NCBI GenBank assembly: GCA_013115145.1
Contig: JAAPAO010000061.1
Location: 1 to 64,000, forward strand
Length of the DNA stretch: 64,000 nt
Source: Perkinsus chesapeaki ATCC PRA-425
Lineage: Eukaryota > Protista > Perkinsozoa
Direction: 5' to 3'
The notes below the pieces were generated by a model. That model was not told where the DNA came from. It saw only the letters and a program-made list of their open reading frames with translations, and searched no databases. Below, one piece after another: positions 10,307-20,498 of this stretch (the first letter of the stretch is position 1; each line of letters opens with the position of its first letter). Both the position numbers and the translations under genes were made by a program.

Positions 10307-13171
10307 ATGGCCGCAGCTACCGCCGCCATCATCCACACTGACAATGAACAGTGTAGTGATGGGTGTGTGGCTCACCTTGTAAAGATGGGTAATATGAGAG
10401 CTAGTGAAGTAGATGCTACCAGAACTCCGACTGTTGTACATCTAAGAGTAAGGCAAACTAGAATCTGGGTGGTGAGCTGCTCCATGTTGACTATCACATT
10501 GCGGCGCCGAGCTGCAGATCGGCTTGGTCCTCGGTAGAAAACTCAGATATTGTTTTCAGGCTGCCCTAGACGGTAGCGCAAAAGTGATAGTAGGACGAGT
10601 TTCAGATCAGTGTGACGTGGTGTTGGCATCTGACGTCCGTAAAGGCATGCTGTCTCGGCGCCACGCCTGTCTGCAGAGAAGAAGTACGTTAAGTCGTTCG
10701 TCGTTGTTATGGAGCATCGATAGTGACAGTATTATGCTGTATGCCGCCATACGTTATCAAGGTTATAATTTATGTACATTGGCACCCCTACGAGAGCCAC
10801 ATTGTCTCCGGCAGGAATTCTTCCCGTTCTGTGCGTTTGCCAGCCCTGGGGGGAACTGGGAAGGCGTAGATGATTTTATAATGTTAAGCTAGTCTGACCT
10901 CAACCCTGGCTCAATTTATTAAATGTTTATGAGTGGAAACTGACGGATATTTCTCACCTTTCTTTCGGTCATCGGCATGTCTGTTGTGCACGGCTAACAC
11001 AGCACTGATTAAAGCATTGTCTATGTCTGAAAACACCGCTGAAGTATCCGTATGTCTAGTGCCTTAATTTCAGATAACTCCGGCGAGTGGGTTATAAAGG
11101 AGCTTCGAACCGTCAACGGTGTTCTCGTGGATGGCAATATACTGGAACCAGACGTAGAGTATCCGCTCAACGACGGCGACGTAGGGGCGCAATTCGAGAA
11201 CTTATTGCCTTTCGCTCGCGGCAGATCATCACCTTCGGCAAGAAACTCGTGTGCCGGGAATTCGAGTACCAGTTCCGCGTGGGGCCATTGGTGCTACAAG
11301 AAGCTGCGTCTCGGAGTCTGCCGGAGATAGTCGACTGTGATGAGTCTGTGGATAGGGACAGACCGTCAACTGCGGACTCGACAGGTGAGGACGGATGATC
11401 TTCATCTTTCCCGAGATTTAACAATGCTGGTGACCACCCGCGCGTCACTGCTAGTGTCTTTTATCGCGTGATTAGTACATTGCTTTCACTATCTCGTTCT
11501 TATTACGAGACTAATACTACAGCGAGTGATACACCTCAATTTAGTTGAGCCGTATCACGGTGCTTAGTGTAACTATGCAGGACCAGTGGGGATACTCCTG
11601 ACTCTGGAGTACAGACAAATAAGCCCTTTTACAAAGCCATACGACCTCGATTATATTATCAATTTAGTTATCATAGTTAGTAACTAGCTGCTAGTTTATA
11701 GCTATCGTATCAGTTATTCAGTTTAGTCAATTATAATATCAATTTTTCACGCGCAATTATTTTTCGGAATTAGTGGTATTCCGAGTCAAGGCGCTTTCGT
11801 TTGTCCGCTCGGGGAGATGACGAACTCCAGGAAAATCTCCAATATTGGACGCGGAGGTATATTTAGCGAAATCTCGATACTACTAGACGACCCTTGGACA
11901 TCAATCCATCTCAGCAACAAGTCGCAAGCGAACTCGATCGCCTCGCAGCCGGAGCGCTAGGGCCAAGAAAGCCAAACGAAGCTCTGTCGATTCTGACGAG
12001 GAGGATGACAATCATAGCGTAGGGTTATTTGAGTGATCTGAACGGGGCCATGCGGCAGCATTGTCAGGAGGAGCTGCAAAAACAGCTGGACGCGATTAGA
12101 CAAGAAAACGAGCAACTGAAGGAGCAGCTCAGATCGGTGACAGCTAGTCCGTCAACGCCCGGTAGAGATAGTTCGATCGGCGTGATGTTCATGTCGTACA
12201 TGCTAGGTAAGGAAGGCTCGGTGGTGTCCGTTAGAAACCAGCAGACACCGGCTGAGAAGGCGAAAGGAAGACTGTAAAGCACGTGTGTGGCTGGGTAGCA
12301 GCTCGATTTCATGCTACTCAGATACGCCGATTTAGAATGCATCATTTGTCGAGATTTGATGGTCTCTCCGGCAACCCTGGAGTGTTCTCATTCCTTTTGT
12401 TTCAAATGGTGAGATAAAGCTGCTACTCGTTGTGCATTTTCTTAATATCCAACAACCCCTAGTAGAGTATCGTTCTTTGTTAGTATCGAAGAGTGGCTAA
12501 CCGCTGGTAACTTCCGCTGTCCTGTCTGTCGGGCCGACATTACAAGATCACCAACGAAGACCTTGCAGCTCCAACAAGTAGGTTGAACGTACTCCACTGC
12601 CTACCATCGTATTTGCCTAGGTAGTCACAACTGCCATAGAGACCCACGGCGATGACGCAGAACAGGTCAGCGCTCATCGGGTGCTGCGATCGTTGATACC
12701 TTCTTCAGGCCGATTATGCCGACAGATTGGACGAACACAAAAAGTGGGACGAGAGGCGACAGATCCTCCGAGCGCAGCTGATGGGTTCTATCGAAACGGC
12801 GTCCGAGAATGGACTGCAATTCTTCGAGATAGGGTTAAAGTGGAACTCTGATGATAAGACAAGATTCCACGAGGGTAAGTGTTCCTGTATCCCTCTGTGG
12901 TGAGATCTTTTACTCAGGCATACGACGGTACCATAGTGATGCCCGAGAGGTATACTGCGCTAGCATAGGACTCACAAAATCATGGGTAAGATATGCGAGC
13001 GGTTGGCCATTGCATTGTCCTGGTCAGATTCAGCAGGCAACGCGTGGAGAACTCGAAATGGCTATGGAGAACCTCAGGATCGGGGTGTCCTCGGACGATT
13101 ATCCAGGCGACATCCCTAAGCCAACTGATCTAATTAGACGCCGGCTTCTATTGTTCACTCGATACTGCTAG
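10307..13171 (+). CDS. FHA + coiled-coil + C3HC4 RING E3 ubiquitin ligase (CHFR/RNF8/Dma1-like architecture)
   Basis: FHA motifs VIVGR...MLSRRHA...ELRTVNGVLVDG...LNDGD|IITFG. RING: CIICRDLMVSPATLECSHSFCFKC|IEEWL...CPVCR. Stop at 13171. Confidence 0.85.
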
Positions 13172-13823
13172 CCGGTGCAGCAATGCCTTATTGACACACC
13201 ATTACCCATGCTTTAAAGTGAAGCTTTCTGAAAACGAGTGATTCGCGTTCTTCAGTCAGATTGGAAACTGTTTAGACCCAGCCTTATTGCGGCCTAGTGA
13301 CACGCGAGATCACTCGAGTTGTAATGTGACCATTTCAGCTACTATCAATGAAAAGTTCATCGTACCGTAATTTGTATTGAGCGCAGTGACAAGAGTACAG
13401 TACTGAGTTTAAATCACAGGACGGCATGTTCCCAATCGACACTCATTCAAGTTTGTTCGTATCACCGCTTGTTTCACCATTCGTGAGATATTCAATTCTC
13501 AGCAAACGCGAACACACTCCACCCTCCTATCAACATTTTCACAACCAAAAAGCGCCTTGAGCAATACGATCCCTCAAAGCTCACTGTGCTTCAGGATGGA
13601 CAAGTCGCAGGTTTCTTCGCTACTTTCAATGGAGGTTCTCGTTGCCTTGACTAGAAACACAAGACAATCGGTCGAAAGCATTTGAAATATCGAATGCTCG
13701 GCTACAATATGCACGGGTATGCCTTTCTTAGGCGCTACTATGACGGACGACTGCGGTTCATATATTCATATAAATATCAAAAAGTTATCTGTATGCTACA
13801 GTGATGCAAGTCATGTTAAATGA

Positions 13824-14342
13824 TCACATGTCAAGAAAGGCAAGGCTGAAGTTATCTCTAGAGGTCGGGGGATAGTTCATGGTCTTCCTCGCACCAAGCA
13901 CGGTCTTCCTGTCGCATCTTGGTGGTGACGCATAATCTCTCGGTGACCTTACTGGTGTAACCACGGACGATTTGTAGCTCCGCAATGGTGATTCGGGTGG
14001 AAGAGGAATCCCAGCTAGAACCACGCACATGCCATGTATGTATGGCAGGACGAACTCAGGCGGGAGAAGAAGTTCGTCACAAGACTCAAATTGTAGATAG
14101 ATCCAACGATTTCGGTGCTTCTGTGTAGCTAGGTCGTCGACACCGAGACCAGACGTCTTGTTGAGAGTTCGGCCAACTCGAACAGTGGCTAGAAGCCAGT
14201 CGACGAAGCGGTCCGCCTGGGCATGAGAGCAAGGTGGCATGAAAGGGTCAGCACGAAGCTTGTTGTGGAATACCCGAGAAAGCTCTCGGAGCTGATACCG
14301 ACCACCACACCGATCGACCAAGTCCGAAGGGAAGATACTCAT
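13824..14342 (-). CDS. Intronless hypothetical protein (172 aa)
   Basis: ATG-initiated ORF with normal composition in an otherwise gene-free gap; no recognised motif. Confidence 0.45.
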   Translation of the reverse strand: MSIFPSDLVDRCGGRYQLRELSRVFHNKLRADPFMPPCSHAQADRFVDWLLATVRVGRTLNKTSGLGVDDLATQKHRNRWIYLQFESCDELLLPPEFVLPYIHGMCVVLAGIPLPPESPLRSYKSSVVTPVRSPRDYASPPRCDRKTVLGARKTMNYPPTSRDNFSLAFLDM

Positions 14343-14798
14343 TTAAATCACGTGAACTCTGAATAGACTGTTTGGTTGAATGATTTCTCTTTTCCGCCAA
14401 ATATTGAAGTACCAAAATAGACGCTAAAATGCGTGTCTCGTATCTATCATCTGTAACGGTATAATAAGCAAGCGTGTGGATCCTCTCACCATGCGAAGAG
14501 TTACGAGGATAGCAGATTCGACGTAAGGGTATCTTTCGCCACTTGCTTTCTGCCGCAATTTAGCTATTTCCTAACGAAACCGAAACTTCCGCGCGCGCCT
14601 CAGCGCATCACGGCTTGTCCGCAAGTTGAGTCCGTAAGCGCTTCTTATCTTGAACATAATGTCTTTAAATATTAATGATTCGTTGAGCTCATTTTCTCGC
14701 TCCATTTATTTCTGATTAATACGCTTTACACAGTGCCACTGTGGCGCGTGACGGTGTGGATATCTTTACATGGTCTTTAACGATAGCAGCGTCTTCAT

Positions 14799-15857
14799 TT
14801 GATTATGACCATCCTCGGCTACACTCTAAAAGAAGCGCTCATTATAGCTGCGTGCTTTGCCTCCAGCCTCTCTATGATGAACTCTGTGAAATATATACAG
14901 ACGAATCTGGACTACCCCTACCCTCTCTTTATTAGCGCCATGCACATGCTCTGGTCCTTCGTCGCTTGTGGGATGTATTTAAGATTTGACTTGGCGGCAT
15001 TGAAGGACTACTCTACCCGCAAGTATCTCCGTGAGATAGTGCCAATCGCTACATTCTCCAGCGCGAGTATATCATGCGGCAATTTGGCATTGAAGTATAT
15101 TTATCCATCTTTTAATGAGCTGCTCCAGCAGACCAGCGCTGCTGTTACAGTTATAGTAGGCGTTTTAATTTTCGGCAAAAGGTATAATCTTGCCACTTAT
15201 ATTTCCATGTTGCCCGTGTGCGGCGGTGCCTTCCTATGTGGTCACGGTGAAGTAAATTTCGTCCTTATTGGAGCCCTCTTTGCCATCGGTAGCGTCTTTT
15301 TCCGAGCTCTCAAGAATACAATGCAGGGAAATCTCCTTAGCGGCTCATTTTCCTCGCTCGAGCTCTTATTTGCCCTCGCTCCAGCGAACCTCATATTTTT
15401 CCTCGTAGGCTCAGTATTGTCTGAAGGTCTTTCTCCTGTCTGGGAGGCTTCTACTAGTCCGCGGATCATTCTCGCGCTAGTACTGTCATCTGCGTTGGCG
15501 TGCGCCTTCAACCTCTTGACCTTTATGATGCTAAAATTATTGTCTCCAGTTGGAGCTATGGTGGTTCACTCTCTGAAGACCCCCGGTATGCTCATAACGT
15601 CTTGGGCTCTCTTCGGCAACCCTGTGAGATCGTCTCAGATATTAGGATTTGTTATCATTACTGCTGGTGTATATTATTATAAGACTCATAGCGTAGAGCT
15701 AACTGCGAGTCCAGAGTCCCCTATAAAGATTGCCAATTCAGCAGCAAGTGGTGACACGGCGTCTGAGGGCGATCTCGAGACTTCCGTTGGTGACGTCTCT
15801 AGCGGTTGCACCGATCTTGAGATCGGAGAGGTTGGATCTGATAGTGGTCTCGAGTGA
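14799..15857 (+). CDS. Triose-phosphate/nucleotide-sugar transporter family (TPT/SLC35E-like), intronless
   Basis: 352 aa with about 9-10 TM helices. Motifs YPYPLFISAMH, SISCGNLALKYIYPSF, GEVNFVLIG, LSPVGAMVVHSLK, LFGNPV...ILG. Confidence 0.9.
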   Translation: MIMTILGYTLKEALIIAACFASSLSMMNSVKYIQTNLDYPYPLFISAMHMLWSFVACGMYLRFDLAALKDYSTRKYLREIVPIATFSSASISCGNLALKYIYPSFNELLQQTSAAVTVIVGVLIFGKRYNLATYISMLPVCGGAFLCGHGEVNFVLIGALFAIGSVFFRALKNTMQGNLLSGSFSSLELLFALAPANLIFFLVGSVLSEGLSPVWEASTSPRIILALVLSSALACAFNLLTFMMLKLLSPVGAMVVHSLKTPGMLITSWALFGNPVRSSQILGFVIITAGVYYYKTHSVELTASPESPIKIANSAASGDTASEGDLETSVGDVSSGCTDLEIGEVGSDSGLE

Positions 15858-16226
15858 GTCACATTTCTTATTTTATCATATTAGTGAATGTTAGTGCTGA
15901 GTGATTGTAGACTAAGTTGATCTATAAGGGTTTCTTTATGATACGCAAGTGTCTCTAGAGTCATAAGCAGCTTGTGTTGGTCTGGGGTGTTTCCCGAGTA
16001 CCGTAAGATCCCATGGTAAGGCTTCGTATTACATTGTTGGCCGGTTTGCCATCCTGGAAGTAGTGTGTTTGACTAACACTGTGTGTTGGTTATGTGCGCA
16101 TCTCATGGGTTTGTGTGAGTATACGCGAACCTCGCTATCAGTCGAGGAATCGATGGGAATGTGAGCCCTTTGACTTGAAAAGTGAAGGGTGTGGAATAAC
16201 CGAGAACACGGAGATTATATGGGAAA

Positions 16227-16299
16227 CGCTCCACGATGGGTTCGAACCACCGACCTTGTGGTTAACAGCCACACGCTCTGCCTACTGAGCTAGCGGAGC
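16227..16299 (-). tRNA. trnN: tRNA-Asn(GTT)
   Basis: Reverse complement GCTCCGCTAGCTCAGTAGGCAGAGCGTGTGGCTGTTAACCACAAGGTCGGTGGTTCGAACCCATCGTGGAGCG. 7-bp acceptor stem, anticodon stem TGTGG/CCACA with loop CTGTTAA, T-loop GTTCGAA. Confidence 0.97.
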
Positions 16300-16352
16300 C
16301 GATGCTTAATTTCTTTGGTCTCTACAAAGTCATGTTTTACTCGTTTTAATTA

Positions 16353-16679
16353 ATGACCTCTTCCGGCATCCGTCTCCGGCTTTCGCAGGCCTTCCGTCCA
16401 GCCAAGCCATGGTGCGCCCTAGCACCGCGCTTCGAGACCCTTGTTAAAGAGTCCGGCCTACAACATAAAAATGAGGCAATGCGTAAAATAGTCTCTGATG
16501 GGTATTTCACCTCCGAGGAATGTACTGTCGGACTGGCAGCAACGAGCGGGACGGTGTACGTTGGCTTAGCAATACCAGAGGTGAGCCATCTGACTGTAGA
16601 AGTGGTTATAATGGGACAGACTGGGATGTGCGTACGTGTGTATGTGAACAGAGTAAATGTCCCTTTCTCTAAGAGATAA
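16353..16679 (+). CDS. Short hypothetical ORF or gene fragment (108 aa)
   Basis: ATG ORF immediately beside the tRNA; no recognised motif. Confidence 0.25.
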   Translation: MTSSGIRLRLSQAFRPAKPWCALAPRFETLVKESGLQHKNEAMRKIVSDGYFTSEECTVGLAATSGTVYVGLAIPEVSHLTVEVVIMGQTGMCVRVYVNRVNVPFSKR

Positions 16680-17020
16680 TTTAGTATAATAATGAATAAC
16701 AACTTGCAATATACTCACTGTATACCTAACCGAAGGTCTAATTCTATGTGCATGAAAGCAGTTATACAAAATATAACCAAAGATTCCTTAATCGAATAGA
16801 ATGTAGAATGAATTCTATTAGGCCGATATAACCCCACTGGAAAGCCTGATAGCTAACTTAATGAACCATGGTGAGATAGGACTGGCCGAGTACTGTTATG
16901 GCATCGGCAACTGTGATACTATTTTAAAAGGCAATGAGCGAGCTCTGTTGAAAGCTCTGGGTCGGAGGCCGGCCCGTATTTTGCTCGGCGAAGTGCCCGA
17001 CTCGAAGAGTAGGGCAGCGC

Positions 17021-17675
17021 ATGGGAAATGCAGCAGCTTCCGTTGTAGATGATGACTCCGTCCCGCCACCCAAAGGGCATGCGAGGCTTTTAAAGCACTA
17101 TATAGGGAAGGGGGCGGAGGTCTTCGATGTCATCTGTAAGAGCCTCATGGACCACGCATATGTAGTGAATCGCGGCGGACCACTTGGGACCGCTAGGGTT
17201 CAGGTTGCCAGTCAATTGGCCTATAACGGCGGTGGAGGCTGCGCACTCAGGCTGGAATCTGGTGACATTGTTCGGGCACCGGGGATCGTTGTGGAAGGTG
17301 AGTGCCGGCAAATTCTCCTAAAGTTGGCGTTTCGAACTCAAAGGGTGTCCCTAACGCCTGTTATGTTAAACAGAGGGTTAAGGTGATTCTTGTGCTCGAG
17401 TTTGACGTGCCCAAAGAGAGTTGTTTTGGATTGCAGGTGAACCAATCATTTCGGCCGCCCAAGCCGCATTGGTCGGTCTCCGAGCTAATGGCTTGGTAGA
17501 TCCCGGAGCGGGCATAAATGCGTCGAAGGTCATCGAAGCAGCTATTTGTAGTGGTGATAACGAGCAGGCGGGTGTGGCCGCAGTGGAGCTAGTTCGCAGT
17601 TTGTGGCCCTCGATCACTTTACGTGTCGAGAGCGAAGTCAACTGTACGCCTTTACAGCCGCAGCCACGAGCATGA
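17021..17675 (+). CDS. Two-exon 171-aa protein resembling the non-catalytic C-terminal half of homodimeric cytidine deaminase, with an N-terminal MGNAAAS motif
   Basis: Intron 17298-17436 (gtgagt...ttgcag) joins ORF 17021 to the frame of ORF 17421. Product contains GCALRLESGDIVR...ISAAQAALVGLRANG...IEAAIC...LVRSLWPSITLRV. Confidence 0.65.
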
Positions 17676-17785
17676 ACGTTTCTGAGGGGTTCACGAGAGT
17701 CTAGTTTTCAATTCAAATTTGGGATAAGGCAAAGCTGGCATTCTGAAGTTCAGTGGCGTGTTTCGACTCGTCGTAAGTTGTTGCC

Positions 17786-20074
17786 ATGTATCCTGGTAAG
17801 CCTCAGCGTCATAGTACTCCTCCTCCTCGGATAAGCTCGCGTGAGATGGTGGAATTGGAGGACCAAATAGTGGCCAGACTGAAGGGGCATTTGGACTATC
17901 GGTTGGAGGTACTCGAGTAGTTGGGCAGCAGCAGCAGTAGCAGCAGGTGCTTTGCCTCTGCTTTATGATTCATTTGCCCCCTTATTAAAATTGGTTCACC
18001 AGTTTTCGAATATCTCTTGCCCTCTATCACGTGAAGCTTCCTCGAAACTATAGGCAATGTGATGATGAATTCGACCCGACCTTTCAAATTCTTTCTACAA
18101 TTTTTCCTCATCCCACTTTTGAAAGTGTAGTGGGCTGATACCCTACACAGGCCCAGTGGGTCTGTCTTCATTCGAACGTCCGGAATTCTCGACAGTTCTC
18201 GCGCGACCGAACTTGATGAGTAATTTTAACTGCAATATGTGCCGTTTCAGGGTCTCAAGGCGTACATAGCAGATGAGATAGCATCAGCGAAAACTGAGAT
18301 TCTAGAGGCTCTGGAACCGCGCCCAGATAGAGCACAACGCCTGTCTCCACGAACGGACGGGCATTATCCAGCGGAGTACCCCTTGAGGAGAGTCGAAGAC
18401 CGAAACAGTTATGTAAGGCAGGTTGAGACCGCAAGGGCTTGAAGGCTTGATCTCAGATGTCGGCTAGTAGGCCGGTGCGAGGTGTGGAGTCTTATAGATG
18501 CTATAGACGGGAGAATGTCGAGGCGATTAGCCCAGAACCTAGGGAGCAACAACATGTGGAATTGCCAAGGAAACCGACGCAACGGCCGCGAATGTGTAGT
18601 ATTGGAAGTCACGAACAGCCCACTAGAGCCGCTGTAGGAAATGCTGTGAAGCAGGATATATCGGGTAGTAGGGAAGCACTTGGCTTGGGGAAGTATGGGT
18701 GTTTGCAGCTCAAACCACGATGCCATTAATTAATGTGGATCCGGAGCAACCTAATGGAGCTGCTGCTGCTGCTGCTGTTGTTGATGCAGTGGGTGCTGCG
18801 GAGTCAAGTGGGGGTAGTATGGGATTGAGGGAGAATTGATCAGGGACGGATCTTGTAGAAATTGTTCATCGTAGCAGGTCATTAGGAAGATTCTCAGTAG
18901 ACGCTTATTTCATCTAGAATGACTAGGTCATTATGGTTAGGAGAATAGTAACTATACTAAGTGGTAATTCAAAGCCACGATAGGCATTGGTATCGGATGT
19001 CCCGACTCCACCGATTTCTTATATTCACAATGTTACATAATGCCGTTTCCGTTCTTTAGGGTACAAGACACCTGAAGAGGCGAATCGCGCCATCGGCAGC
19101 CCCACGGAGGAGAATTCTCATTTAGTTCGGAGAGCTAAGAGTGGGTCGACGGAGCGAAGCACGGGATCGAACCGAAGTCGTGGCGTTGTTAAGGTGATGG
19201 GGATCTGGAAGGCATAGGGGAATGACGATTACTTATCTCGAAAGCTATGTATCTGTTACTTCAGGAGCACATTTTAAAGCTGAAATTCGGCGTATTATCA
19301 TTATTGTATATTTTTAAATATTATTATCAAAAACGCGTTAAGGTTGTGGGTTATATTCTCAGATCTTCTAGGATGGCGTCACTAGAGGTTTCAAAGAACA
19401 TAGAAGGTCTCGGGCAATGGGGACTAATGTTTTAGATTGCATGTCTGTGTATGGGTAGAGCATTTTGGGTTACTTTCTGCCCATGAGGGGAAAGTTCATG
19501 GCTCAGCAGATGGGCCAGGCACGTATCTCTGGTGCCAGGGCTGTAGAGATTCCCCCAGTTCGAGATACCAAGTGTAGTGGTGGTCTGAGCACGTGATAAA
19601 TGAATGAACTACCCACCTCTGTCCGGCATCTGACGGCCGTGATAGATACTGTACATGCTGCCATATTAGTTGTAGAGAATCTTAGTTATATTCCGCTATA
19701 GAGCTCTCGGAATGCTGGAATTGACTGGTATATGTATTGTTATCAGGGGAACTCAGTGAGATATCGATCAACCGTTTCACTTGCCATTTTATTATCATAT
19801 TTGGCACGAGCGCAAGACTCTGGTACAATGCTCAAGTCTTGCCTTTAGTGCGGCCAGCAAATGCGCGTCACGAACGACTTTGTGGCCGAGGATGTCATTG
19901 AACTTTCTATTAAAGCAGGGGAGCGTATTACGGTGGGTTCCATCCGGATGAGCTTCGACAGTACTGAGGTGGCCTTAGGTTAACGAGAGCAGGCCGGATT
20001 GGACTAATGTGATCAACGGGGAGGGTCAGAATGGATGGGTACCAACATCTCATCTGGAGCCAACAGAAGACTGA
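17786..20074 (+). CDS. Multi-exon low-complexity protein with a C-terminal SH3 domain
   Basis: Spliced C-terminus MRVTNDFVAEDVIELSIKAGERIT|VNESRPDWTNVINGEGQNGWVPTSHLEP fits the SH3 pattern. First exon MYPGKP...LDYRLE joins GLKAYIADE in frame. Internal exons are tentative and could belong to two genes. Confidence 0.6.
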
Positions 20075-20498
20075 AAGTGCGGATAGTTTTAATGCGCTAA
20101 GTTTGTGTTTCGACATGTTTGAATTCATCTGGAGTGTTGAGTTTTGTAATCACCTGGGGAAGGTTCGTAAGCTCTATAGTGGGCCGATGCTGTCGAAGAG
20201 GGTGGTGGAGGGCATCCTTTTTGATGGAAGATGTGAGCGACTTGTGACGCTCTGTTTTTACAGAGCGTCATAGTCTTATGAAGGCAATACCGTATAAAGC
20301 ATGTACTGATGACTACTCGCGTCATATGATACTAACTTTCATATAGCAAACATTCGAGTGACTGTGAGCGTGGTCGTGGAGGAGGACGTTTTCGTAAGGG
20401 TGAATGAATATGCATGCTAGCAAGTACCTCGCGTGATGCTTGGAGGTGCTGTAGGGTAGCAGTACTACTTTTTAGTTTATTTGAATGCTTACTAGTTC

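Noticed and set aside
19150-19190. GGTTCGATCCC B-box-like sequence on the minus strand as a tRNA
   Set aside because: No 5-bp T-stem or cloverleaf; the plus strand looks like a coding exon.
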